A stretch of 63,868 nucleotides of DNA, filler included, from Reclinomonas americana ATCC 50394 (taxonomy: Eukaryota): the NCBI GenBank assembly GCA_048213135.1. It is 16 parts of 16 records of this genome, joined end to end, with 100 filler letters (N's around TTAATTAATTAA, not from the genome) between each part and the next. Parts side by side here need not be neighbours in the genome. Positions count along the whole stretch, not along the records: positions 1 to 12,338 come from AFZH01023585.1; 15 more parts are not named here. The stretch is one strand, 5' to 3'. Under the pieces are notes generated by a model. It was not told the origin of the DNA. It searched no databases and was given only the letters and a program-made list of their open reading frames with translations. The translations under genes were made by a program, and so were the position numbers. Below, one piece after another: positions 1 through 12,438 of this stretch. Each line of letters starts with the position of its first letter. The first letter of the stretch is position 1.

Positions 1-335
1 GGGAAGGGGAAGGGAAGGGGAAGGAACGCGGAAGGGGAAGGGAAGGGAAAGGAACGCGGAAGGGGAAGGGGAAGGGGAAAGAAGAGGAGAGGAGACGAGA
101 GGAGAGGAAAGGAGAGGAGAGGGGGAAAAGAGGGGGAAGTGATGAGGAAGAGAGGGGGAGAGAGGGGGAAGAGAGGGGGAGGAGAGGAGAGGAGAGACGA
201 GAGGAGAGGGGAGACGAGAGGGAGAGGAGAAGAGAGGGGAAGGAGAGGGGAAGGAGAGGAAGAGGAAGAGAGAGAGGGAGAGGAGAGGAAGAGGGAGAGG
301 AAGAGGGAGAGGGAGAGGGAGAGGGAAAGAGAGAG
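1..335. repeat. Purine-only (GGGAAG/GAGAG) low-complexity tract, G4/triplex-prone
   Basis: Almost only G and A, with many GGG/GGGG runs. Confidence 0.9.
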
Positions 336-939
336 ACCAGCGCGCATGTGCAAAAAGCGGGAAACAGTGTGAATCTACAAGACACACAGAATGCTGCCGC
401 GGTGCGTGTGTGTGTGTGCGCGCACAAAATGCGGAAAAATACAGGCTGCGTCTCTGTGCTCACCTCCACAGGCGCCGCATCTGCGCCCCGCCCAGCGACA
501 GGTGCGGTTGAAGACGACGCTTTCATATATTCAGCACAACGTTGCCTGTAGTGCACCCGCGCGTGCGTAGTGCGTGAGACACTCTGTACATGTCCTGCGG
601 TGCAATCTCAGGACACCCACAAAACATACAAAACGACTGGCAAGCGGAGCGTCACGAGCCCACTGCGAACTAGCGTGAGGTATGATGTGTTCACTGCGTG
701 CAGGGGAGCTGTAAAGAGGAGGACAACAATCTGCGTTGAATCGAGCGAGCGCACATGTCCGCCCACACACACACGCACCACTGTTGAAAACTGCCCTTCG
801 TCTCGAGCGCATGGCTCGTTGCGCGTTGTCATGCATATGAGAAGGACGCGCGTGTAGTAGTTCTCCGTTCTTGTACGTGAGGCGACGAGAACTACGCATT
901 TTTCCGCGAGAGTGAGGTGTACGAGAGTGTGTGTGTGTG

Positions 940-1860
940 GGTGAGAGAGAGAGAGAGAGAGAGAGACGGAGGGAGAGGGAGACACATAGCACAGGATAGG
1001 AGAGGGAGACGGAAAGAAGGCCAGATAGAGGCCTAGGGAGAGACGCTGTGAGATATTTAGAGAGCGGGAACGTTAACCTGGTGCCGGTTGTCTCACGCTC
1101 GCTCCCTCCTCTCTCTCTCTCTCTCTCTCTCTTCACCCTCAGCCTCTCCCTTAGCAACCTTCATGATCAGCAGCCTCATTCTCTATATACCCTTGGCCTC
1201 CTCTTACTCTCTCGCTACCCCCGCTCTCACTCTGCAGATCTGTCGCTCTCACTCCCTCGCTCGCCCTCTCCTACTCGAGATCTCACACTCTTCCTTTCTC
1301 TCTCTCTCTCTCTCGCGTGCGGCTTCCTTCTTCCGTGTCAGTCCCTCTCTCACACTCATTCAATTCTTGCCATTCATTCTCAGCTCCACCCCCGTGTCAG
1401 TCTCTCTTTCTCTCGCCTACGGTCGCGCGCTCACCCTGCTGTGGATGCTTCTGCGTTAACAGTGTTCGTGTAAGTCTCTCTCTCCCTTTCCCCAATCTCT
1501 TCATCTCGTTGTTGGTTGTATGTGTCCTCTCTCCCTCTCTCTCCAACTCTTTCAGTCACTCTATTCTCTCTCTCTCTCTCTCTCGTTGTATCATCTTCCA
1601 TCTTTTTCGTATCAGTCTCTCTTTCTCTCCGTCACTCACCGACTTTTGCTTAACCATGCCTCTCAATATGTTTCAACCGTGTAAGTAACTCTCCCACTCC
1701 CTCCTAGTCTGCGTCTCCGTCGTTCATTCTCGTCAATTTACATACTATTTTGTGCCCTTCTATCTCTCTCCCACTCACACACACTCTCTTTGTCTGAGGC
1801 CTCTCTGTTCCTTTATCTCGGCTTGCCATTCTCTCTCTCTCTCTCTCACACCCTCTCCCT
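940..1860. repeat. GA-rich then CT-rich microsatellite mosaic upstream of the orphan gene
   Basis: (GA)n at 943-965 and many (CT)n runs from 1090 to 1860. The overlapping ORFs are Ser/Leu artefacts. Confidence 0.85.
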
Positions 1861-1899
1861 TCCCTTGGCTACACATGCACTAAGCTCGCATCGAAACAG

Positions 1900-4800
1900 A
1901 TGATGGCTGAGGTGCCGAACGTGCTGATTGATGCCGCTCAAGCTGCCGGACTTATCGACGACGACGGACGACCAACTCTTGATGCATTCTCACGAAAAAA
2001 CGCGTGGTACCAAGAGATGGCAATGGATACGGCAGAGCGCAGCTCATTCCTTACTGCACCAGATGCTGCAGCTGGTGAAGTTGCGCCTTGTTCTGCAGGG
2101 AACGTGCGTCTCTCTCACGCTGCCGGCGATACATTGATCTAACCTCTCTGGACACAGCGTGGATACCCCGTTTCAGAACAGCAAGAAGAGCGGGATGACG
2201 TTCACACTCAGCTCGACATCGATGGCTTTGAGTTGCTCGCTCGGAAGCCGGTGCTCTCCAGGACGGCCGACACTTCCATGTCTCTTCTCTCGTACAGTGG
2301 TCAACGGTCAAGTGGGAAGGCGCGCATCCCGATACAGCGATCTGGTCTGACTGTGTCAATGAGACAGGTGTGTCGCGATGGTATGCATCACCACAGTGTG
2401 CTGCTGTGCGTCTCAACCCTCCTTCTCTCCCGCCAAATCTCTTGCCTAGTGCCTCGTATATCCTCTGTTTGTTCAGGCATCGGGCCAGGCGAGTGCAATT
2501 ACTGTCTCCGCAGTAGTCCCCCCCAATTTGGAAGCTGCGGCTGGTGGCCACGATGACGATGGCAGCGACGGATCCGACTCAGACTTCGGCGAGGACGATG
2601 AAGACTATCTGGGCATCGATGACGAAGAAGCCGACTCAGCATCTGAGAGCGATGAGAACGACGACGACGATGATGTGTCCGTCGGCAGCGACGAACAGCC
2701 GCACGCGACCGGAAGGTTCAGAAACATGTTTGAAGTTGCGTGTCCTTCATCTGCCAAGGTCAAGCTGCGTGATTGCATTGGTGTTCTCACGATGCACTTT
2801 GATCTTTACAGTTGATTCGTGCAGCTACGTACAACGGACTGGTTGACGCCGCTACAATGACGGACACACATGCGGATGGGGAAACGTTGATGGCGCTGCG
2901 AAATGCACGACGCACTCTCGTCCCGCTCCGTATCAGTGGAGTGGAGCACGAGAGTTTCGTGTCATCCTTTGGCGAGCACTTCCAGCAGTATTGGAGTTTA
3001 GAAGCTGAGAGTGAGTTTACATGCATTTTGCACCTTTTGCCATTGAGTGATGCTCACTTGTGTGTTTTTTTTGGTCAAGATATCTTAGGAGAAAGGTTCG
3101 AAAACTATCGAGGGTCGAGGCCGCTATTCATGACGCTGTCTCTCGGCGGCCGGTGTACTGTGGAAGACGTAACATTGGCCGACGTCTCTGATCAAGCGCC
3201 GTCGCGTATCACCAACAGAATATTTGAGCCGTTCGACATGACAAGCGCAATCACAGTATCCGTTCATTTGGCGGTGCAGATTTTTGATCGAGGTGTGTAA
3301 ATGATGGGGCGAGTGCAGTAGGGGGGGATTGGAGAGAGAGAGAGAGAGAGAGAGACAGGAGAAAGAAGTGACGATGAGAAGGAAGTTACGGCTGTGTAGG
3401 TGAACGCGCGCAATATGCAAAGGAGACAGTGCGAAGAAGAGGGTGGTGGTGAAGAGAGGAGAGTGATAAGCAGTGAGCAAGCAAGTGGGAGAGCGAGTAA
3501 ATTAATGCTGGGAGTGCAGCAGCTCGAGTCAGTGGTCACAAGTAATGATGAGGAAGAGAAATAGAGAGAGAGAATGCGTGTATGAGTGAGCGAGTGTGAC
3601 GAGAGTGATGCACGTGAGAGAGAAAGAGAGAGTGAGAGTAATGGGTGATAACGAACGTGCGAGTGTCGGAGAGGAGAGCATGATACAGGGCAAGTGAGTG
3701 ATTGAGTGTGAGTGTGAGTTAGCGATTAGGATTGAAGCGTGTCTGTGTGTGAGAGTCATTCAGTGAGAAAAGGAAGAGAGAGAGAGGGGTGTATTGAGAA
3801 GCAGAAGAAGAACAATGACGCCTGAGAGAAGTGGCGGGAGTGAAGTGGAAACTGTGGGGTTTCCCATCGCCATCTCAGCGATGGGAAGGGATGCAGAGAG
3901 TGCGTGGCCGACGTCGACGTCTATGTGAGTGAGTAGGATAAGTGAGAAATGAGAAAGAGACTGACAGTGACTGGTGAGCTTGTTAAACGAGGTGGTCATC
4001 GAGACAGCTGGTACTCGTTTGTTGGTAAATGAATCGTTGTTGATGGTGAACGAGGAAATGATGAAGTGACCTGTGAGCGAGAGAGAGAGTGAGAGAGTGT
4101 GAGAGTGTGTGTGTGAGAACAAGAGAGCGAGAGAGAGAGAGAGAGTGAGAGAGAGAGTGAGTGAGTGAGTGAGTGAGTGAGTGAGTGAGTGAGTGAGTGA
4201 GTGAGTGAGTGGGTGGTGAGTGAGTGAGTGAGTGAGTGAGTGAGTGAGTGAGTGAGTGAGTGGGGGAGTGAGTGAGAGAGTGAGAGAGTGAGTGAGTGAG
4301 TGAGTGAGTGAGTGAGTGAGCGAGTGAATGTGTACGAGTGAGAGAAAGAGAGAGAGTGGAGAGAGTGTGTATGTGAGAGAGTGAGTGCGTGAGTGAGTGC
4401 GTGAGTGAGTGAGTGAGTGAGCGCGCTAGCGAGTGAATGTGTAAGAGTGAGAGAAAGAGAGAGAGTGTGGAGAGAGTGTGTATGTGAGAGAGTGAGTGAG
4501 TGAGTGGGTGAGTGAGTGAGTGAGACAGTGAGAGAAAGCGTAAGTGAGCGAGAGAGTGAGCGAGCGCGCAGGAGCGAGTAACAGAGAAAACGAGAGAGTG
4601 AACGAGTGAGAAAGAGAAAGTAAATGACTGTGTGTTTGAGTGTGAGCGAGTGGGAGAGAAAGAGTAAGTAAGTGAGAGTGTGTGTGAGTGTTGCCAATAA
4701 TTTGAGTCTTCATGTACGCGTCTGGCACTTACTTTATTCAATCTTAACAGGCGATGATGGATCCAATCACTTGAAATTGAATCTCATCGAATTGAATCGC

Positions 4801-7800
4801 CTAACGCCTGAGGCCGACAAGCGAGAACTGACCATTTACAATGCTGGAGGCTGCATCGGTGCCGGTAGCTGCTGGTCGCGCACAACAGCGCCTTTCTACG
4901 ACCAGTTGACCGCGCACCACCGCAATCTTGTCGACAGTGCCAATATGGATCGCTTCCGAGCGCAGTGCCAGCTGCGTAGTACAATCGTCTGCGGCCAAAT
5001 CTACGAACCACTTGGCAAGGCGCTCGCACGATGCAACGACATCAGCTGCAGCGCTGAACCGTCAAGGTGAACAGCCCACTGCGCTCGTGTGCTCTTCAGT
5101 TGTATGACGTGCTGTGTTCTTTCGCTTCTCCCTGCTTACAGAGCCCAGAAGGCCACGCGCTGTTTTCCAGCTGCAGACGGGCAATTGACGTACTCAGCTG
5201 CACTGTCGTACGAGAACCGAGAGCGCACGAAGAAAGAGTTAACTCTATCGGTCAAGGGACCACGGAAGAATAGAGCCGCCGTGCCCTTGGACATCAAGCG
5301 CTCCCTGCAACACAGCCGCACGGTAATCTCCAACGGTTTGGCATGCAACAGAGGTGCATGCACAAAAAGGTGCACTTGTGAAATGACTGACTTGTTCTCG
5401 ACTCAGTGTTGCATTGCCTTTCAACCGCGACCGATGCAATGTTCGGTTTGCGATATGAGGTTGTGATTCAATTCACACTCGACGGCTGCAGTGCAACTGG
5501 AGAAGCGCGGCACGCACATCCGATGCCCGCCACCGATATCGTGCGTATCTGCAAGAACATCCAGACGTACCAATTCGCGTTGAAAAGCCTGGTGAGTGGA
5601 AGGAGCAACGGGAGAGACGATGAAGAATGCACAGCGACCCTCTGTGTATCCGCAGTCACGACATGCCTCTCGCTCACATTCTTTTCGACACAGGCATTGA
5701 GAATGGCAAAATCCATGGGCGGCGATGACGACCTGATGCCTCTCAATGCCGTCCAGCAAGGAGAGCCGGCCGTCAATGACTCAGAAGACGATGAAGAACG
5801 ACACGATGGCACGGGCGGCGGCGACGACTTGACGCGTGTGCAAGATGGGCAGGTCAAGGAGGATTCTGATGAGGGTGCAGACGACGAGGAGGATACAACA
5901 GAAGACGAAGAGATGGAGCAGGAGGAACACGACGGCACTGGCGATTCAGCCGATCAGCAGTATTTCGCAAGTTCGCCGCTTCTCATACGAGTGCCAACGA
6001 GCAAGTATCTAGCGACGCTTTCCGGCGTCCTTCTCGCATTGGGATCCACCTTGGAGGACATCTCCAAAGCGGTGCTCGCCGACAAGGTGCGTAGATCACA
6101 CACGACGCAACGTACTTGCCACTCTGACGTTCCTCCTGAAAACGCACGCAGGATCTTATTCTGAACACGCTGACAATCAATGTCGTGCGTGCACTGGAGC
6201 AGGCCTTCGAGTTGATATGCACCGGGAGATTTTCGGCGCTCACCGTGCTCAAGTTGCGTGCATAGGTCGGTCGCTATCTATGAGTGAATAAGAGCGCATT
6301 GCGTGCGAGAGCACGGTGAGCGGAATGCAGAATACATGTAGTGCAGGACTGTAGTTGATGGTTGAGAGAGCAGAATGGGTGAGCAGAGTGAGAGAACTGA
6401 GTGAAAGAAGAATTGGAGAGTGAGAGATCGCGTCGAGAAGCTCGTGCGTCTCCAGTGACTCACTGTGCGCGATCAGGCGATTCAAGATCGTATTTTATAC
6501 ATCCTTGCAACGTCTGAGCCACGGGTTGTCCATGGATGCTACCAGGCATTGGCACGGGTGCATTTGGCGAGGTTGCATGCCAGTCGGCGTTGTATTCGAC
6601 GATTACTTGCGTGAGGCTGTATTTCTGCGCCCCGGCAGCGAAATCGTCCACGCACTCGACTTGATTCGATCACCACTGCAGTATGAGCCTGGTCCACGAA
6701 TGAGAATCTCGGTGCGTGTTGTAGTTACAACTGGAACATGCATCGTGCGTCCTCACTTGTGCATGTGTTCTCTCTCCTTCTCTTTTTTCGTCTGCACAGG
6801 CTGTCGGTGTGTTGGAAGACGACAAACTTCTGCAATCACATTTCGACACCATCATGTGTCTGCTCGAAAACTGGGTGCAGGAGAACGCCGCCCACTTATT
6901 GCAAGTACGTTCGTTCGTCAACGGGCAAGTGGAGAACGGCGTCAACTTCGTCAACTTTTTCGCTCACCTGCAACGCGAGCATGATGTGCCGATGAATGCA
7001 GTTGCTGTGGGCCTGCAACAACTGATGTACCAGGTTTTTTGCTGCATGCCAAGTACCTGTTCTTGTCGAGCCACTGATGGAATTCTCTTACCCAATCAGT
7101 GCACCGGCGCATTCATCCAATGTCTCTCAATCGAAGTCTCGTTACTTGTCTTTGGACAATGGTTCAAAGCAGGTGCAAGGACGAAGAAGCAGAGAGATGA
7201 GGCGCTTCTTCTTGTTGCGCGGTGGCGACGGAGTTGGGAGGGGCTCATTCGGGAAAGCGAAGGCAAAAACGAAACCGAGTATCTCCGCGGTGCTGTGGAC
7301 GAGAACGGACCGCTGCCATTCCATCTCTTATTCCTGGATGCGGAAGGAACAACAATGCCCTCCACCCTTCACCCGCTGTCACAGAAAGTCGTCGAGGTGA
7401 GTGTGTGCTGATAACAAGAGAGCAGCGTGAGAGAAAGAGTCGACAGTGAGAGTAGTCAAGGGGCTTGATGTCTCTGACAGTGCATCTTACAGGCACTGAA
7501 TGACGAGTGCCAGTCGGCAGCTTCTGCCGGGTTTGCTGCAACCGACTGGGTCAATGTCGTCCCGCAACTTTTGCAGTGTATTGCTGAGAAGGATCTCGAG
7601 CGACAGGCCAAAACGCTGCAGACAAAGTTGCGTAAGCCACCTATCCACTAGTCTCCTTACACGACCTCTCGAGATTGAGAGAGAGAGAGAGACAGAGAGA
7701 GAAAGGGAGACTGATAGAGAAGCGAAGAGAGAGACTGAGAGAGAGAGACAGAGAGAGAAAGGGAGACTGATAGAGAAGCGAAGAGAGAGAGACTGAGAGA

Positions 7801-10800
7801 GAGAGAGACTGAGAGAGACTGCGAGAGAGACTGAGAGACTGATAGAGAAGCGAAGAGAGAGAGAGACTGAGAGAGAGAGATACTGAGAGAGATTGCGAGA
7901 GAGACTGAGAGGGATATTGAGAGAGAGAGACTGATGGAGAGACTGATAGAGAAGCGAAGAGAGAGACGGAGAGAGAGAGACTGATAGAGAGACTGGGAGA
8001 GAGACTGAGAGAGAGTATTGAGAGAGAGAGACAGAGAGAGAAAGGGAGACTGATAGATAAGCGAAGAGAGAGACCGAGAGAGGAGAAAGAGAGGGAGAAA
8101 AGGAGCGAGAGAGAGGGAGAGAGAGAGAGGGAGAGAGAGAGACGTGGGAGAGAGACTGGGAGAGAGACTGGGAGAGCTCGAGAGACAAGAAGAATCAGAC
8201 AGAGAGAGACTGATGGAGAGACTGATGGAGAGACTGATGGAGAGACGTCTGATGGAGAGACTGATGGAGAGACTGATGGAGAGACGTCTGATGGAGAGAC
8301 GTCTGATGGAGAGACTGATGGAGAGACTGATGGAGAGACTGATAGAGAGACGGAGAGAGAGATGGAGAGAGAGACTGATAGAGAGACATGAAGAGGCAGA
8401 AAGAGAAGGAGATCGAGCAATTGATTAGTCTCACACTCGCACTTTCATTCTTTGTTCCCCTTTGCTCAATCTTCTCAGTCTTTTCCATCCCAGGAACTCC
8501 CTACCATATCTCTCCTCCCTTGTCTATCCGTGTCTCCTTCCCTCTTCTCTTCCCCTCTTGCTCACTTTCTCTCTTTTCCCCCCCTCACCATCTTTCATTC
8601 TCGTTCTCTCTCAGTCTTTCTTGCTCTCAGTCTTATTTCGTCTCTCAGTCTGCCTCAGTCTCTCTGTCTTCTCACTCTCAGTCTTTCTTGCTCTCAGTCT
8701 TGCTGTCTCTCACTCTCTCTGCCTCTCTCTCTCAGTCTCTCATTTTCTCTTATGTGCGTCTCTCTCCCTTTCAATCTCCTTCATTCTCTTCTCAATCTCT
8801 CCCTCTCTCAGTTTCTCATTCTCTCTTTTCACAACTCCCTCTTCACTATCTCTCTCACTCTAATTCCTTCTTGTTCTGTGCGGTAGTAAAGAGACGACTA
8901 GAAGACTATGTGAGGGAAAGCAGGAGATGGAAAGCGAGAGAGAGAGAGAGAGAGTTAGAAAGGCAGCAAGGTAGCGCATAGACTGAGAGAGACTGTGACA
9001 GAGAGAGAGTTAGAGAGACTGTTGGATGGGGAGCGGGAGAGATTGAGAATGTAGTGGGAGAGGCAGTTGTTGGAACTTTTGTTCCCTACCCAGATTTGAT
9101 TACTCGCACTCTCAACCTGTTATTCAATCACTCACTTGCTGTTGTCAGCTGTGGCATTCAGTCCATTCACTCACCCACCTCTCTCTCAGTTTCTCTCAGT
9201 CTCTCTCGCCCTCCATCTCTCTCCGTCTCTCTCCGTCTCTCTCTGTCTCTCTCAGTCTTCCTCAGTTTCTCTCAGTTTCTCTCGCTCTCAGTCTCTCTCA
9301 GTCTTTCTTTTCTCAGTCTCTCTCTCTCTCTCTTCTCTCTCGCCTAATCGACTGCTTCACCCTCTCAGTCTTTCTCTCTCTCTCATTCTCTTTCAGTCTC
9401 TCTTCACTCTCGCAGTATCTCTCTCTCTCGCATTCTTTCTGTTCACCGACTAACGTGTTTGTCTGTGGTTCTTTCTCGCAGAATTGTCGTGTACCCTGCT
9501 GTGCTTGTGTGGATTATCGGTCTCCTCATGGACGTGCTCAGAGAGCCCGCACCCACCTGCATGGCTCTCTTCTTGGATGCACTAAGGTCGACTGATCCCG
9601 TTGAGCTTGGCCTCGGCGCATTGCCACTCGCATTTGCGCAAACGAATGGCAAAGTTGCTGGTCTTTCCCGGGACAGCACATCCCTGACATTCCTAACGCA
9701 TAGGTTGGTATTTTTTATCGCGAACACCTGCGCCACTCGCCTCCGCCATGCACTGACAGTATGTCTCGTCTCTCGCACTCACAGCACTCCACCGTTGCTG
9801 ACAATGGACAACTTGAACGCGGGTGGGATATCAGGCTACATCCACAGCCGTGCACTGGTAATTCAGCAGCGTGGCGTCTCACTTACTGCCTACGACACGG
9901 AGCTCGAACCAGCACGGCCGAAGATCGCGTGCGTTGAGCAATCTTTGACGTCGCAGGCGACTCTGTGCCTCAGCACGGTACGTGATTGAGCCGAAGGGGG
10001 AAGGGGCGGGCATCACTTCCGCGCACGTGCACGTCGGAGATGGGAGGGACGGGTAAACTGGAAAGGGAATGATCAAAAAAACAGGCAAGGAACAGGAAGG
10101 AGAAGGGAGGAAGGGAGTGTGAGAGAGAGAGAGTGAGGTAAGTAGGGAAGAAAACGGGAGCAGAGAAGAGACAGAACGTGCAGCTTGATCATCGTTGAAA
10201 GTGAGTGTGTGCACTCGATGCCTGTCGTTGCTGAACGAATGTGATGTCGCGCTTGACTTGGAAAGCAGTGCACCACGACGACACATAGTTGTCATTAGCT
10301 TGCACAAGTGTATCTGTCAGTTCTTCTGCGCTTGCTCGTCTCACGTTATCATCGAATCACACAGTTCATCAGTGGGGTGTATACATCCGAAAACTCGTGT
10401 CTGCAAGGGGAGTGGCGTACAGGGCGTCAGATGCTGTACATTCTGGTGTGGCTAATGAGTCCTCTCGGCCGAAAGTCACAGTTCATGCGGTACTTTTGCG
10501 AGGTGTGTGTTAGTTCTGGCACACACTGTCTTGCATACGGTGGTGGTGGTATCTCTCGCATTTACCATGTTCTGACTTGCGCAGATGGCGTATAAAAAAG
10601 CAGAGCGGCTCGGCCAGTGTCGAGCTAACAGTCCCGCTGTTGTCCTCTTCTCCGCCACCTCACACAACGACTTCATGAACAATCTCTATTCGGTCTTACG
10701 AGATCGCACAAATAATGAAGGTACTTATGTATGCATTGCAACTTACTTGGGCGTGATGATAACATGTGCAACAGATGTGTGTCTGTTGCGCTGGCTCGTG

Positions 10801-11082
10801 GCGGTAGCAATTGTGGAAGCCTGTGGGTGTATCAAGCCACCGCTCTCCGGCGACCAGCGAGCATTGGGTGGCGCTGATTATGACGAGTTGCTGGCAGGGG
10901 TTGCAGGTGCCGTTTTTGTTCGCGTACTGATTCATTTCGAGTTGCATATACGCACAAGAAACACGTGTCAAAACTCCGCAATCGCGCGCTCACTACATGC
11001 GTGCAGGTCGATGTACTGGGTACCAGCCGATTCCGACCATGCCAAAGCCGTTTATGAGAGCCTTCCGACACCATACGGCAAG
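1900..11082 (+). CDS. Large multi-exon orphan protein with acidic tracts, 3' incomplete
   Basis: Phase-compatible GT-AG exons, e.g. 2478-2758, 2813-3292, 4751-5066, 6152-6252, 6477-, 7493-7626, 9482-, with the last donor near 11082. Two D/E-rich tracts. No family recognised, and the 5' exon structure is uncertain. Confidence 0.6.
4075..4690. repeat. (GAGT)n/(GA)n microsatellite inside a ~1.45 kb intron
   Basis: Long near-perfect GAGT tandem run at 4155-4320, with degenerate copies beyond. Confidence 0.92.
7670..9440. repeat. Alternating GAGAGACTGA-type and complementary TCAGTCTCTC-type repeat blocks inside the putative intron 7627-9481
   Basis: Purine blocks at 7670-8410 and 8885-9050, pyrimidine blocks at 8430-8870 and 9180-9440. 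A 12/15-nt unit (gagagactgatg) repeats at 8205-8345. Confidence 0.85.
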
Positions 11083-12306
11083 GTATTTTTTCGACCACAA
11101 GTCTACCTCTCCTCCAATAGTCCCTCTGTCGTCTTCTCTCGTCTCCTCGTCTCACAAGATACTCATCAGATATGAGTCCGGTTCTCCCCCCTCTCACAGT
11201 CCTTCACTCGTCTTCTCTTTTATCATACCTACTCTTCTTGTTTCCCCTTCAACATGTGTCTCCTTTCTCCTTGCCCCTTTGCAACCCTCTCTCTCTGCTC
11301 TCCACCGCTCTCGCTTGCTCTGTTCTACGAGTTCTCCCCTTCTCCACTCTTTCCTCCATGTCTCCTCCGTTGTACATGTTTCTCTTTTCTCTCTTATCTG
11401 TCTCTCCCCCTTACCCCCCAAACCTTCAGTCCCCCTTGCAGTCTGTCACATTCTCCCTTTTCGCACCTTCTCCCCCAGTCTCTCTACTTTCTCTCCCACA
11501 TGCACACTCTTTCGGTCTCCTCCACCTCACTCACTATCAAGATCACTTTGTGGCCATGGTTCTCTCCTATTGCCTATCTCTCACACTCCCTGGTCTCTCC
11601 CTTTCCCTTCTCTCTGTGCCATTCATTTGCAGTCTCAATCTCTGTTACCGCTCTCTGTTTCTCCATCAGTGTTCTCTCTCTCTCTCTTTCACTTTCTCAC
11701 CCTCTTCGTTATTTTATCACTCTCTGCCATTGTCCACCTGCCCCTCTCCCTCTCATTCAGTCATCTTCTGTCACATTCTGTGACTCCCTGGCACGCTCTT
11801 CACTCTGTGTCGCTCTCCAGCACACAAATGCACGGTCTCTCCTGTACCTGTTGGTCGTCGCAACTATCTGTCATGCCCACCCTCTCCCTCCTCTCTCTCT
11901 CTCTGTCACGCTGCGCTACTCTCCGTTACTATCTGTCAGTCTCTTGTCACTCTCTAATGCTCTTTGTCAATCGGTTCTTTCTGTTTGAATTGCCATCTCT
12001 GTTCCCCGCTCTCCCCCACACTGCTCCTCTCTTCCCTTGCACACTCTACCTCCGCTCTACCGCTTTATATATGACTTTGTCCGTCAACCACTGTATTCCT
12101 CCCCAGTCGTTGTTATCACTCTCTCCAACCTGCTCTCTCGCTTTCTCTCCCACTCTCTCCCCTTTCTATCCCCATCACTCCCCATGTCTCCCTCCCTGAT
12201 AAACTCTCTACTTCACCCTCTTGCTTCTCCCCGTCACTCTCTATCTCCTCGACTCCGTCAGTCTCTCTCTCTGTCTCTCTGTCACACTCCATCTCAGCAT
12301 CGCTTA

Positions 12307-12338
<32 letters not shown>
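11083..12338. repeat. CT-rich intronic low-complexity tract ending in (CT)n at the contig break
   Basis: Pyrimidine-rich sequence follows the GT donor at ~11082. Confidence 0.8.
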
Positions 12339-12438
12339 NNNNNNNNNNNNNNNNNNNNNNNNNNNNNNNNNNNNNNNNNNNNTTAATTAATTAANNNNNN
12401 NNNNNNNNNNNNNNNNNNNNNNNNNNNNNNNNNNNNNN
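12339..12438. other. Artificial contig linker N44-TTAATTAATTAA-N44. Identical linkers at 16994, 19782, 23091, 27424, 32023, 37383, 41640, 44714, 46836, 48428, 51112, 56212, 59888 and 62570 (each 100 nt).
   Basis: The same 100-nt string occurs 15 times. TTAATTAATTAA places stop codons in all six frames. Confidence 0.98.

Noticed and set aside
1..120. GGGAAG and GAGT repeats as telomeres
   Set aside because: They are irregular, grade into GA microsatellite, and similar tracts occur inside introns.
8205..8345. 12/15-nt repeat (RLME peptide) as a coding repeat or array
   Set aside because: It lies in GA-rich intronic sequence with no splice signals or unique spacers.
531..12390. Long Ser/Leu, Thr/His and Glu/Arg ORFs (e.g. 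3983-4741, 7487-8420, 10997-12199)
   Set aside because: These are translations of microsatellites that lack stop codons.
12383..12394. TTAATTAATTAA palindrome repeated 15 times
   Set aside because: Always centred in 44+44 Ns. It is an assembly linker, not biology.
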